NCBI GenBank assembly: GCA_050273025.1 | Contig: CP158635.1 | Location: 6,200,001-6,264,000, forward strand | From: Cenococcum geophilum | Taxonomy: Eukaryota | Direction of reading: 5' to 3' | Length of the DNA: 64,000 bases | Part shown: positions 12,676-27,160 of the stretch, piece after piece | Numbering within the stretch: position 1 is the first letter of the stretch | How the letters are laid out: the number at the start of each line of letters is the position of its first letter | Position numbers and translations under genes: made by a program | Notes under the pieces: generated by a model | Seen by the model: the letters and a program-made list of their open reading frames with translations, nothing else | Told to the model about the DNA's origin: nothing | The model's database searches: none

Positions 12676-15152
12676 ATATCTAAGCCCGTTACGCCAGCGC
12701 CTTTACTGCCTTATAATACCCCCCCTAGTAGTCTAAGCTAAACGCATATATATTATAGGCAGTTAGCGCAGCATCTTATAGTTAAAGTGCTTATAGCCGT
12801 ATTAAAGATAGTCTAAGCGGCCTAACCTCCTCCACCTCCTCTACCTCCTCTACCTCCCCCTACGAGTTTAGGGGTTAAAGAGATACCCGAAGTAAGAGGT
12901 TCTAAGGTTAAAGTTAAGGTGTTAAATAAGATGTATATTCGCGAAATCCCTAAAATATACTTAGAAATACGCTAATATAGCGTTTACTACAGCTGGGATA
13001 AATAAAACTGCCAGTATAAGACTATAGAGACTTCGCCGGATACGTTAAGTGAGCGTGATATATATAATTAGTATATTTATATCCTTCGGAAGAAATTTAG
13101 TTTATCTTTTAGGTGCCTTTAAATATATTAACTTAGATGCTGACTTTAAGCCAGAAAAGGATAAGAAAGACTGCAGTACGTACCTAAGTATAAATTTAGG
13201 AGAAGTAAGAGACGCCTTATAGGTGGTGCTAAACGGCGTATAAGCTATCTCCCTTCGGGAAGACAAGCCTATAGTAAGTGGACCTTTTTATAGATATAGC
13301 TTATTCTAATTTAACTTCTAGATTCCTATAAACCTTATATTTAATTTCCTACCCTAGTTAAAAACATACTAGGAGAGTCTTTCTCCCAACTTAATCGGCG
13401 CTAAATACTTTTAGGGGTTACTAAAATTCCTTAAAGACCATTTCGCGCCTATAACTAATAGTCTCCTGCCGCTTCTACACTATAGCGAAATTAATTTCAA
13501 TTTTCTTTGGGCCTTATTTAAACCAAATACGCATGTTCTTACGATTTACGAAGGCTTGGATTAATTAAGATGCCTTATATATAATTTAGGCAACTTTAAA
13601 ACCTCACTTTTTGGCGAAAAGAGCTTCGAACTTAACTGTTACTATTTTAGCTATAATAGGAAGGCGTTTGGCGAGGTAAAAACCACCCTCTCTATTCCGG
13701 AATTCTGTTTAACTATAAAAATTATATCTCTTAAAGTATTTCCGCTAGAGCGTTATAAGAGACAAGCCGAGATAAAGTAGGATCTTATTAGTAATAGCTA
13801 GAAGTTCGTGTCTTTAAGAGATATTAACTACCGTAAATATAAAGGGATCGTATTTTTCTGGACTAAAGATGGCCCGTTGAGATTTTCTATAAGCGGCCGC
13901 ATTATGGTGGACGCGATAGCATTTTATTATTAGAATCCTAACTATAGCAAGCAACTAATCGCTATAGATGCGTACGGAATAAGCGTAATTAATTAAGGGA
14001 CCAATTGGCAAGGGGACGTAAAGAATTAGCGTTTAGTTCCTAAGGAGATAGGAGATAATAAGTATCTAATCTGTCTACTAACAGCCCTAGCCTTTAGTTT
14101 AGCAGATAAAAAATAGGGTTAGGCTTTCTATATACTGTTTCTAGAGCTAGCGAATTATATATACTAATACAAGCACTAATAGGTAAATTTGCCGTCGCTA
14201 ACATTAAGGATATTAAATAGAATGCCTTAGCATTTAAGTCACTCGCAATTAAGGAGGATAAGAAAATGGTACTTTAAGGACTTATAAGAGCTACTAGTCT
14301 AGGTCTAGGAAATTAAAGTTTAATAATATAATTAAAGGGAAGGGGAAAGGCCTAGTTTTCTTACTACAGTAAGTTTTCTGGTAAGGCATTAGCTGTTTTA
14401 AAGGCTGACCGTTTTAGTGGCCCACCTAGGGTAGGAAAGACATTAATAGCTAAAGCACTTGCCGAATATTAGAGGAGACCCCTTTATGTGGTTTGTTCCC
14501 CTTTATAAGTATATTTATATACCAGTCTGACTATAATAAGGCTTATATAGGAGACCTTAATACGGATCTAGCCCATTTAGAACAAAACCTGGCTCTAATA
14601 GTTAAGAACATTTACTGCTAGAGCGCTGTCCTTCTTCTAGATAAGGCCAATGTCTTTTTTATAAAAAGAACTTTAAATAATGTCTAACGTAACAGCTTAG
14701 TATCCGTCTTCCTGCGATAGATAGAGTATTTCTAAGGTATTATGTTTCTCATAACAAACAGAATTACCGTATTTAATGCAGCTATATAGAGTAGAATACA
14801 TCTTACACTTAGATATAACGAGCTAAAGAAACTAGCAAGAGAGTAGGTATGGAAAACCTTCCTAAAGTAAGCCAATACTACTGCTAATATCTCTAAAAAG
14901 GATATAGAGCGGCTTTTAAACCATTAATTAAACGGAAGACAGGCAAGGCAATATTTAAGAGAGAGTTTTGAGGCTAGTGCTAACATACTATATTAGATTA
15001 AGAACACTATACGGATTAGTTATGGCTTAGCTAAAAGTAAGGGGGAGAAACTTATATATAAGCATTTAGGCAAGGCTCTTATATTAAACTAAGATTTTAA
15101 AAGTAACTTTAAAGGCGCTGGACTAGTTAAGAATTTAAACTTATATATATAG
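12676..15152 (+). pseudogene. fungal AAA+ ATPase, copy A (multi-intron)
   Basis: Walker A GPPRVGKTLIAKA (~14419-14457), Walker B VLLLDKANVF (~14627), LVSVFLR..EYF*GIMFLITNRI, SRIHL; N-terminal FDFLWALFKP-like and LREDKP motifs. Confidence 0.9.
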
Positions 15153-15309
15153 ATTCGCTTATATATATAAAGTATTAAATACGTCTTATAGATCTTATAG
15201 CTAGTAGTATTATTACTTATTACTTTCTTAAAATTACTTTCTTACTCTTATAGCAACAAGACCTATATAGTAGGTAGTAGCGTAAGCGAATTATTTATAG
15301 ATTTGGGAA

Positions 15310-16112
15310 TAGGAGAATAGAAGCTATAGGGCATTAGTTCCTATAGGGGAGTAAAAGATATAAGTATTGGTTCCTGTAAGGAATTAAAAGCTATAAGGTA
15401 ACGGAGAAAGCGGGTATTAACCCCCATAGAGAACCGCAAGCTATAGGAGATTAGTTTCCGTAGGGGAGTGGAAAAAATCGCCATTAGTTCTTATAGGGGA
15501 GTAAAAGCCGTATGGGAGTAGGAGCTATAGGGTATAGTTCTTACAGGGCAGTAGAAGATATAGTTACTATATATAGGAACGGAATTTATAGGGGATTTAT
15601 TCCATAGGGGAGTAAAAGATATAGCTAATAGTATCTGGATCTAGGAATAGAGAATAGAAGCTATAGGGCATTAGTTCCCGTACAGGAGAGGAAAATATAG
15701 CTATTAGCCCCCGTAGGGGAGTAAAAGCCATATAGGAATATAAGCCGTAGGGGATTGGTTCCTATAGGGCGGTAAAACACGTAGGCATTAGCACCTATAG
15801 GGGATTCGTTAGCGCAGGGGATTTATTACTATAGGGGATTTATTGCCGTAGGGGAGTGGATCCCGTAGGGGAGTGGATCCTGTAGGGGATTTATTGCCAT
15901 AGGGGAGTGGATCCCGTAGGGGAGTGGATCCTATAGGGGAGTGGATCCCGTAGGGGATTTATTAGAGTAGGGGATTAGATCCTATAGGGGATTATTAAAA
16001 GTAGGGGATTGGTTTCTATAGGGCGGCGAAATATATGGGCATTAGCTCCCGCAGGGGATTTGTTCAAGTAGGGGACTTATTTAAGTAGGGGATTAGCTAA
16101 AGTAGGGGATTA
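15310..16112. repeat. degenerate tandem array, ~17-18 bp unit (CCGTAGGGGAGTGGATC / GTAGGGGATTTATT)
   Basis: Dozens of TAGGGGA cores; inverted homologue at ~51300-51900. Confidence 0.9.
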
Positions 16113-16537
16113 ATTCTCCTATAGCCTCTATTTAGACGGTATAAGGCGGCTTCTAATAGGCTAGAGAGTAGGTTAGTATCTTATGGAAATTTAAAGCCTA
16201 TATAGGATAGTAGGGTATAGGGGCCTAGCGGAAGATTGGGTTATCTGCTTTCTTAGGTTTATTTAGCCTAGGCGACTTACCCTATGCTATTTTATATACG
16301 TTTTAACTAAGGCTGCTACCTAGCCTTAGCCGCCTAAATCCCTGCAAAACTTAAACCTATATAGTAGAAGAATACAGGAAAATAAAATGTTATTCTTTCC
16401 CAGGTTTATTTAGCCTAGGTAACTCGCCCTATACTGTTTCATATGTGTTTTAACTAAGGCTGCTACCTGGCCTTAGCCGCCTAAATCTCCGCAAAACTTC
16501 ACTTATATAGTGGAAGAGCAATAAAATATTATTCTAT

Positions 16538-18963
16538 CTACTTTGCTAGCACCTTTAGATCCTTCCTTGCTTCCTAAAGCACCTCCTTTATTTAAGAAGG
16601 AAGTTTTTCATTATTTCCCTTTCGCCTCCTACTACCTAGAAATACTACCTTCCGCAATCTATTAACCTAAGGGATTAGTAGCTAATAGTACGGTAAAAAG
16701 TTATCACCTATACCCTTAAGAAAATCCCCTTTGTTATCCACTTCTCCTTTCTTTATCTTAGCTAGCTCTTCTATATCTATAGAATTCCACTTATTAAACC
16801 TATTAATAATATTACCTTTCCTATTAGGTCTATTATAGTGAATGTATATCTAGAATAGCACCTAAAAGAACGACTTAAAATTATGCTAAGCTAAGTATAT
16901 CTCGCCTAGGAGCACTCTAATCGCCATAAACGCTCTTATGCTGGTCTTGCCCCGCGCTTCTAAAGGCCCTTCTTGCTGCTCCTTAATCGCAAGATCGAAG
17001 TCGATTAAGAATGCTGGCTAAAAAGGATTATTGTTTTCCTTGTTTATTATAAGGTTGCCTATTAAAATATTATATTAGATAATGCTAGCCCGCGTATATA
17101 AAGACTTATATCCTTTAATGCCACCCTTTAGTGCAGTAAGTATTGCAGCCTAAGAGCTTGCCTCGTAAAGAGGCTTTTTATAGTCCCTAGTAATAACGCG
17201 TTAATGCACTTAATTTAGGGTTATAAGGCGCCTTCCGCCTTTAGGCGGAGAGCTTGAATACGTGCGCTTGCTAAGCGGTAATAGGGCGTTAGTGTAGCTA
17301 GACAACCTTTTTCTACTAGAACTTCGGCCTTGCCTTATACTGATTTTTACTCTAGCCGGTTTTAAAGGTATTATTAAGTCTTCTAGCTTATAGTTTGTTG
17401 CTCTTGTAATATTTAGCCCCTTGTGGACGTTATTGCAAATATTATCTTCTTTACCGCCTATATAAACTGTCTTGTGGTGATAGTACCTAGCTATATTAAC
17501 CACTTCTTTCTCTGTTACCTTACGCAGCAGTTTACCTTCTTCCTCGCGCTACGGGTACTGCTACGAGTCTTTAATAATGAGGGGTATCTTAGAGATATCC
17601 CCCTTATGGTGTACTTTTTAGCAAGTAGTCGCTTAACTGGCGATATAGCGTGCCCGCTTTATAGGTTTGTTAAGGATAAGACGCTCGGTCTAATTATTGC
17701 GTATAACCTTAATATATTGCTTACCGTCCGATGTTAAAATAGTAGGGTTAAACCTAAGCTGCTTCTCATTTATTTAGAGAAACCCTAACATTGCCGAGGT
17801 AAATTATAGTCCGTCTTTATTAATATCGAATAGTAATAATATAATGCCTCCTACTTGGTTATACTCCTATAGCCGTATAATAGATCTATAGAGGGTAAAG
17901 CCTAGGATAAAGCGACGAGTGTCCTAAGCAGCAAAAACTTCTCTTATATATTTTCCCAAATTAAACCATGCCTGCGAGGCTATATTGGTGTTTAGATTAC
18001 TCTTTAGCTCTCCTGGCATAAGTATATATAACTAATAGCATTAAGAACTTTTGCTAGTTATTAGATCATCCACAAAACCGATATTTAGCTTTCGCTTTGC
18101 TATAGACCCTTATAAGGGCTGCTTAGTATATATAATAAGCGTTTGTTATATCTTTAGGGCGGACCCATACTCCTCTACAAAGCCTAAAAATAATTTAATT
18201 AGGTTATTAAACCACTCTAGGACATTATCTTACTCTGCGCTTCTAGGCTAGTTACGCCAGCCACCCTTAGCGTATAGTAGATTGTCCCCTTCCTTATATT
18301 TCTTAAAAACGGCAGCGCTTGCCTCTTTAAGACCTTCTACCCCCCTAAAGAATACTTTATATAAGCCAGGAATCCCTACGTAAAGAGGGCCTAGCTCTTC
18401 CTTTAGAATATAATCTACGTATTTCCTATATTCGGACGAGTTAGTAAAGCTGCTTATATTGCGTAGATATGGGGTTTAAACGTAGAATAGTAGCGGTTAG
18501 GGAGGAGGCGTAGACTCTGTTATGGTGGCGTATGCCTTTTTCTAAATAACCTTGTTAGGTTTAATCCGAAGGATCGCATTTAGAAGAGGTAGGAACTGCT
18601 TAATATTAAAGTCGTTGGAACCGACCGCTGAATTAAGTCTCAATAGATTAATAAGAAGCCTTTTGTTACTGCCGTTAGATAGTAATAAATAAGAAGTGGG
18701 AAGGCCCTATAGAGCTAGTATTAGATCGAGCAAAATATTCTTTAGTTCTATAAGCGTTAGATGGAAACTTATAATAGGTATATTAGCAATTACCTTTATT
18801 ACCTATCTAGTATAATAAGTCTAAAGAGCTAGAGATGTCTAGATTCTAATAAACTAAGTTAAATAAATTGTGAAAGTTATTCAGTCCTTCTCCGATAGGT
18901 TTCGTTTTAATTATCTCTAATTAGGAGAAATTTGCTATTATAAGTAAACGTACTAAGAGCTAT
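16538..18963 (-). pseudogene. FunK1 (fungal-type) protein kinase, copy A
   Basis: ILKEELGPLYVGIP, RKLNIGFVDD, ILMPGELKSN, LIIKDS*QYP*REEEG, VVNIARYYHH, AFLIDFDLAI, GKTSIRAFMAI motifs; includes ORF 17210-17503. Confidence 0.9.
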
Positions 18964-19499
18964 GTTGGGAGGGCTGACGTGGTAGGCGGGTAGGTAGATA
19001 AGGAGGGGAGATTAAAGAGGCTAGTATATAATGGATGGTATAATGGCAGATAAGTGTAGGGAGGTTAAGTACACGTTGAGCGCGTCTTGCAATAAGGAAA
19101 TAACTAGGGAGAAAAGTATAAGGAAGAAAGTAGGGTATAAGCGAACGCGAGGATTAAAGATTAGGTGTGGAAAAGTTAAGCTAACCTAACGTGGCTTAGA
19201 CTAAGGCTTTATAGGGCTTAGTTAAATACTAAGCTATAATGACCTAAAGTGGAAAGTTGTAGGTAGCATTTATTAGTAATTATAGTTATTAGCTTTTAGT
19301 TTATTCCGTAACGCGTAAGGCTTAAATAGAGTGAGGCTTTAATATAGCGATGCTAAAAGGCGCTAGGTAAGGTACAGCTGGCGACAATAGGTTGATTATT
19401 AGGTTGGTTATATAAGCACCTATAATCGATTACGTAGCTGGTTCTAAAATAAGCTAAACCTAATATGCTAAATATAGATATAGCTAACCCTATTTTATA

Positions 19500-19815
19500 G
19501 CGCTTAATCGACCTATTTCCCGTAATTGGGATCTAGTTCTTAGAACCGGATCCTTTTTCGGGATCGCGCCCTTTTTATAGCAGTTAATTGGTCTACTTTA
19601 TAAACCCAAATTAGGATCTTGGTTTTAGAATTAGATTTCGTTCCTAGAATTGTAACTTAAGCTATAACTGAAAATAGCTCCTTTTTTCTAAGACCATTAA
19701 ACCGCTTAGCTTAACGCTATACCTTTTTAGCTACGTTTAGTACGTTTGGCTTAGAATTGGGATAGGATATAATCTTTAGAATTGGATTTAGTTCTTAGAA
19801 CAAGATCCCATTTTT
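19500..19815. repeat. degenerate short repeats/palindromes (CTAGTTCTTAGAA-CCGGATCC type) upstream of FunK1
   Basis: Recurrent GATCT/AGAATT units; inverted homologue at ~47670-47970. Confidence 0.55.
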
Positions 19816-22800
19816 AATATTAAGAGAGATATCCTATATTTATCCTTAACATTCCTACCTTATTAATATGAAATTTAGAGTTAACCCGTACCCTAGTTAC
19901 CTATAAAAACGCCAGAGACTATAATACCTTGACTTTAATTCTTTGTGGAGGCTGACTTATCGCTGCTAAGTATATAAAGGTGGAGGACTTATAAGCTTAC
20001 TATAAGCGAGTTCTTAACTTCAATTTAACGTATAGGTAAACGACAATGAGATACTCTTGATATGGAAGCAACTAGATAGAAAAACAATACCGAGCTAAGG
20101 AAATCCTAATTGGCGCCTTAATTCTTAGCGCTAGAAAATATAAACGTAATTACGAAAATCTTTTCTTATAAGAAATTTCTTATTTCTTTAGCTTCTTAGA
20201 GGCTCTATCTACGGTGCAATTTACCTTTCTTTTGCGTGTCCCTCTTATTAATAGATCTTTTAAATGATTATCTAGCGCCTCTCCTAGTTGGTCTCTTTGC
20301 TTATATAGTTTACCCCTCTAAGCTATCTCTATTATAATATCTTTAAGCGGTTTATATATCCTAGTATGATAATAAAGGTGACGTAGGTTCTTAGTATAGT
20401 ATAATATAAGTCTCTTATATGGTATACCCGCGGGTAAAACCTAAATAGGATACTAGGATACTATTGCGATAGGACTATATATAGATATAACTGATCTATA
20501 TCTAGGGTTTTGGAAACGCTTTAAGTCCTTTATTATATAGCAAGTTAGCAACCACGATAAGAGATATTTTAGTTGTCCGCCCGAAATTATAGCATTGGAA
20601 ATTGTTAATACTTTAGTTAGGGGAGGTATATCTCTAAGGAAGTTTGTAGGATTAGCTAAACTATTCTCTACTTAATTATTAGTATTGCTAAATAATATAT
20701 AGGTGTTTTATAAACATACCTAGAGGTACCGGCAAACCTTTAATATAAACCTCTTTTAGTTGAGGTAAGTCTGTCTTAGCCTCGCTATAGCTCTCCATTG
20801 GCTTAAGTAAGACTATTTTAGTTTCGCTGCGGCCTTCTAGGCTCTTAAGGTAATTGGCGTACATTTCCGTATCCTCTTATATGTTACCCTTTATATTATC
20901 GTCGATTTTATAAGAGTTAACCTTCTTAAGTGTTTAAGTAGGCGTATAAGGCATCTGTTTCTACATAGGGTCGGAAAGCTGCGATTATTTCTCCTCCCCG
21001 CTACCGGATGCCGTGTCTTTATTATTAATGCGATTCTGGGATAATTTAAGGTTTCTAGTAAGTTGATAATTAGGTATATTATCTTTGGGGCGATAGTATA
21101 TTATAATGTTTTTATAAGTACTGATTAAGGACTTATAGGTTATATTAGCAATATATCTAAGCTTAGTTAAGGTAATATATATAATGTCTAGTATTCTTAT
21201 AAGGATAGTAAGGGATATATAGTCAAGAGGTTAGATTTAAAGGTAAGTCAAATTAATAGCATATAAGAACCAGGAGTATGACGTTTATATTCTATTTCTC
21301 TCCTAAGGCGGAGTTAGGACAGAAGGTAGAAGGGAAAGGTAGAGTACACTAGCCGTCCCTTTCTACTTTATGTGGTGTCCGTGGTATAATATTTAGTAGC
21401 TATGATTACTTTTAGCTTATATATCGTCTGTGCCCGAGACTATAGGTGCCTAAAGTGATCTACAAGTAAGGCATTATTAAGGGTAGCTATTAGCTAAGCT
21501 ACTACTAAACTTAAATAGCTGACGATCCCTAACGGACGCCGTATGCCTTAGTAGGGTTTAGAAGCGTTCATATAAAGTTATAAACTAAAATTGGAAGTTA
21601 ACAATAACCCTTAATAACGCCTCTCTTAGTAGGAATAGTATTATATAATCTACTTCCGACGCCCGTCCTTCTTAGGGCAAGACATTACCTAAGCAGTAGA
21701 CTTATCCTAGCCAGTCAATCTTATATATTGACCCCCTATCTATAGCAAAGGAGCTATTAGTGCCTTTAGGGTGGTTTAATTGCTATTTTGGCTAAGCCTT
21801 TTATAAGCGCTCCGCCTTATACAGGCGGCAATTAACTTCTATTAATCTACCTTACGTTAGGGGAGATCTTTTACTTAAAGCGCTAAGTAGCCGGTACTTA
21901 GAGGTCTATAGGCTTATTCTATATCCCAATAATATTAACCACGATTTCTCCTTAAGTGGTATCCGTAACCCCAAGTACCTATAAGCGCAGCGTCCCTAAA
22001 TTATCAGCTAGTAAGTAGGCGTTTATAGATAGAGAAACCGACTTTAGAGATAACGGCAACGTAGAGGCGTTAGCTGGTTAGGAAAGTAACTTTAGTAATA
22101 AGGATTAAGAATGGGACGCAAAGACATTATATAATAAAGAAAATGGTTTTAGCACTAAAGATTAAGAAATAGGGGCAAATAATAATAAAGAGATGTTGAG
22201 CGACGAGGCTATATGGGCGACGGTTAGATACGGTGGCCTTAGCTTTATAGTCTTAAATCTGTAAGTATAGGATATAAATATAAAGAAGATTTCTAATAAA
22301 AGCTGGTAAAAGGGTTAAAACTTTAGCCACTTTTTATTTAGCCTATCGCGAAATAAAACAATATTTTACTATTCCTACCAGAGTCTCTACCCGCTTAACT
22401 TATAGCGAGCTATAAAGCATTCGCGATAATCTATGCTTTTACTTAGATAAATTTATTTACTATCTTAAAAGTAATAATAGAAGGAAAATCTATATTAACG
22501 ACCTAGGATTTTTTGAATTTCTTATAGACCTGGGACGTATGCTACCTTAGTAACTATTAGTCGTATTTAAGACTACGGTACTTATAGATTTATATCTTAA
22601 GGATATAAATATATTTTTTTATAGTGTTTTCTTTTTATTTAAATTATTTCTCTACTTATAGTATATAGCGGTTGTTTATCTATTCCGGTATAGTAGGGAG
22701 GGGTAGTTAGGTTACGCGAGAGGGCTTAGACTTATAGCTACGCTTATAGGGCTGTTTATATGGGAACTTCTCTAAGTGTATATAAGGGGTCTTTATATAG

Positions 22801-22924
22801 GAACCTCTTTAATATTTCTAGATCTGGGACTTATATATTTCTTTTTTTTATAGTTCTAGTATTTTCCTAATATTTGCTTTCTATTTATATGCTAGGCGTT
22901 AATAGAGGGCGCTAGGTTAGATTA

Positions 22925-23580
22925 CCCTGCTTATATAATTACTCTGCTTACACGATTACTCTACTTGTATAATCGCTTAGCTCGTATAATTACCTAGTTT
23001 ATATAATTACCTAGCTTATACAATTACCCAGCTTGTATAATTACCCAGCTCGCATAATTACCTAGCTTATATAATTACCTAGCTCGTAGGATTACCTAGC
23101 TCCTATAAGCACTATACTTGCATAGTTACCTAGCTCGTACAATCACCTAGCTTGTGGGATCGCCTAGCTCCTATGAGTATCTAGCTCACATAATTACCTA
23201 GTTCGCATGATCGCCTAGCTCGCACGATCACCTAGCTTGTAGGATCGCCTAGCTTCCACGAGCATCTAGCTCGCACGATTACCTAGTTCGCACGATCGCC
23301 TAGCTTATACGATTACCTAGCTTATAGGATTGCCCAGCTCCCATAAGTACCATGCTTGCACGATCACCTAGCTCGTAGGATTAGCTAGCTCCTATAAGCA
23401 TCTAGCTCGCACGATCGCCTAGCTCGTAGGATTAAAGCCGCGAAGTTATTAAACCTATTAATACCCTATTTACACGCCAGGCATTAATTAGAGGGCGCTA
23501 GATTAGACTACTATACTTATATAATCACCTACTTTATAGGATCCCCTAGCTCCTATAACCTCCTAGCTTATAGGACTAAA
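22925..23580. repeat. tandem array, ~18-bp unit GCTCGCACGATCACCTA(G)
   Basis: ~30 degenerate copies, punctuated by recurring GAGGGCGCTA motifs at ~22905, ~23491 and ~23623. Confidence 0.9.
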
Positions 23581-26500
23581 GCTATAGCCGTTAAATCCGT
23601 TAAGACCCTAGCTATACGTTTGGAGGGCGCTACGCCTAACTACCTAGCTCGCTCTTTTTATAGAATTCCTTAATTAATTAATGGTGCCTATTTGGAAAAT
23701 GTTTCCTAATCTCTCTCTATAATAGAAATTTCTTATTACGTAATTCTATAAGGAGATTCTCTTCCTTAACTATCTATACCAGCTTATTGGCGCGAAAAAT
23801 AACGTCATAATGGCGCTAACATGCACCCCGTATTCTCCCTGGCAGGGCTTTTACAACATTATCCTATAATAAAACTATAAGTAACACCTAGTGACCTAGC
23901 TCTATAAGGGTATTATCTTCATTAGGTGTCTATGCGCTAGTTTTAGGCTTTGGCTCCTATAAGGCTTTATTTACAATAACAATCTTTAAAAAATATTAGT
24001 AAAGCTATTAGAAGTTGCATCTAAGAAAAGAAACTAACCGGCGATATACGCTAAAACTCTATATCTAGGTTATAGTGTTGTAAGCGATCCTATATATTAT
24101 TTAACTTAGCAAATGTAAGTAATATATAGCCCTAGTAGGATAAGGTATAAGATATATATAGTTAGGTACATCTCTGAAATTTAAGCTAGTAAATGCGGCA
24201 CCTATTTGGCAATATTTATAAACAGAAACCGCTCCTGCCTTAAATAGTATATAATAGCTTTATCTTCCTTTGTCCATTTACCACTTACTCTAGTATTAAG
24301 AAAAAGGCTGTAATATTTCTGCTTATAACCTAACATTAGTCTATTAAGTTTAGACAAAATACTGTCCCAACCATTACTATCCTTAAAAGTCGTGTTTATT
24401 AACTTAGATTGTTTATTAATTAACTAAGACTTATATACGGATACTAAGGGCTCGTTATTTATATAAGGGCTAGTTAAGTTATACTTTATAAAGTATTAGT
24501 AGAGTCTTACTAGGGAAAGACTAATAGTGTAAACTAATAGTCTAGGTGGTTTTTAGAGAGCTAAGTTAATTAATATTAAGCGGGTAATTGGTGCTGGTAG
24601 CTCTAGATTAACTATTGCTAGTAAGACCCTCGCTAGATACTAGACTAGTTACTTTTCTTAACTTATTAGGAACATCCGCAAAGTAAGCTCCGTTATCTAA
24701 ATCGATAGGTTTTATTAACGTTAAAAATGATAGTAATAGATTGCATTGCTAGAGCGATTAATTAAAGTGCATATTGTATCAAAACTGTAATAGGTATAGT
24801 AGGAGCGTTAGCAGCAATTAGGAGGACATTTAGCAAAACGCACCTATTTAATAGAGCACTAGGCGGCTGATAAATGTAATAACGCTACTAGTACGGCTCC
24901 CCCTTAATATACAAGCGCTGCAATTTTAAGAATTCAAGGCGTATATACGTAAATTTACACTATAGTATAAGCAGATTTATGCAGAGACTAAAGGACTAAT
25001 CTTAATTATATACCGAAATCTTAACTCTAAGCTAGATAGAAATAACTACTATTAAAGGTCTATAATATTAACGAGTTAATGTAGCTAACTAAATTTAACG
25101 GAATATAGTAAGTCTTATAATAAAGCAGGGTAATTATTATAGGCTTATGACAAAGAGTAAGATGTAAAGCTAGAATAAGCCCTTTAGAACGTAAAGAGAA
25201 CCAATAAGCTAACTAGAGGCAAATATAGGGTTAGGGTACTTAGAGAGGCACTAAATAGTATTATTATGCAGAAGGCGGAAGCGGAGATTAGTGGCGTTAG
25301 CCGGTTTTATATTACTAGCGGTTAATTAGGTTAATATAGTTAATATAGTTAATAGGGTTGACGGAGTTAACGGGGTCGATAGCCCCGCCTTAGTAGGTGG
25401 CACTCGCCTAGCGATACTAAACTTCTTATTTTAATGCCACTACGTATAATAAGTCTCACCGCTAGGTCTAAAGCTAGTAATATATAGGCTGTTACCGGAT
25501 ATTCTAAAACTTAATAGAAGCGGTTTCTAGTAAGTAGGGATATAAGCACAGCCTTAACTTTTAATAATAAAGATTGGCAGACACTCATATAGGAGGAAGC
25601 TAAATGACTTCGCTTATTACATCTAATACGCTCTACTTAGTTTAAGATTTTTATAGATAAACAGAAGGAGCTTCTAGAGCGTTTAAATAACCTACTAGCG
25701 GCCGAGAATATACCTAAGGTAGCTACTAAAGTCCTTAATTAGCGCATGGCATAAGCCGTTAGAAAAGCCTATTATTAGTTCCACTATATTACGGCTAGGA
25801 TACTTATACTAATTTATATTTAGCTTTATTAAATATAGCGCCTAAGGAGGAAGTAAGCGAATTAAGTCAATTAACCAATCGACCCTAGGCATTAACTAAG
25901 CCATATAACCCTATAAGAGATACGGGATAAGTAACCCATGTGTTATAGGCCCTATAAGGTATAAGAGTGGGACTAATAGAGGGATATCGCTAGGAAAAGT
26001 TGTTTTAGTTTTCTAAGTGGTTTATATATTAACGCTAGTAGCGCCCCTACTTCCAAGTCTTCTTACTTAAGGAGGCTTATTTATACTAGACTTTGTTAAA
26101 GATATTAGGCTTCTAAAGGGTTAACGGGGAGGTAAGGAGCCAGATAGAAAACGTTTATGTCGGTATTAGTCTATGCCTAGTATTAAGACCGATACTATAG
26201 AAACTGGCAAATCTACTTGGCGATCTTAACTATTAAGTATTTTTGTTCCCTAAGCCACTTCTTAAGCCTATTAGTCTCCTAAAAATCTTATTTTCTCTAA
26301 TAAGAAGCCCCTACGCCGCACTAATAACGCCTCTCATTATATAAGGCATCCCCTTTAGTACGCATATAGGCCGTAGTCTTCGATATATTAATTACCGATC
26401 TTTCTAAACCACGCTAGGACATATAAGCGGTTATCCTTAGTAAGAACAACACGCACGCCTAGGATTGTTGGAAGCCCGTTATAGATATATCTATACCGGC

Positions 26501-26759
26501 TTCTTACCTAATTTAGAGCTTTAGATAAAGTAGCCTCCTACTACATTACTTGTAGTCGTATCCTATCCTAAATCTAAATAAATTAATATTGCTATTTGCC
26601 TAGTTTACCTTATCTTAATAGAGAAGCTAGACGCAGTGTCCACAACTATAGTTTGAAATTTAGGCGTAAAGATTATAGAGGAACCTTCTAATTAACCAAT
26701 CGTTCGTTTATGCTCCACTCCTAAGTAAAGATAATATACTAACTATTTTATAAAACAGA

Positions 26760-27160
26760 CCTAAGAATACGCGTGCGTATATCCGGGGTGTTTATATAAA
26801 AGCATATATAGGAACGATTAGTTCTGTTATAACAATTCTCTACACTTCTAGATAGATATATAGGTATGCCCGTAGAAAACGGCGACTAGCCAACAATATC
26901 TGGACCTAAGCTATAACATGTAATACTTTAAGTAGCATCTTTAAATATACAAGGGTACCGTTCCTTCTAAAGATATTAAGTTATCTTATATAGGCCGGAA
27001 TGGCCAATTCTAATATTAGTGTAGCTTTTGCGCGTAACTGCAGAAATTAAAAATAGTGCGTAATAAGGCTTAGCATAAGCGTGCTAAGTATATCCTTAAT
27101 CATTTTAATAAAGGATATACTCTTAGCAATTAGTGGTATTTAGAGTTAAAAGGATATAAG
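26760..27160 (+). pseudogene. C2H2 zinc-finger transcription-factor-like relic (gene probably extends ~26300-28700)
   Basis: YACVYPGC...; YIGRNGQF*Y*CSFC ... KA*HKRAKYILNHF, matching the fungal 'IGRNxQxxFWCGFC...AWxERFxHIxxHF' pattern after RIP reversal. Confidence 0.7.
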
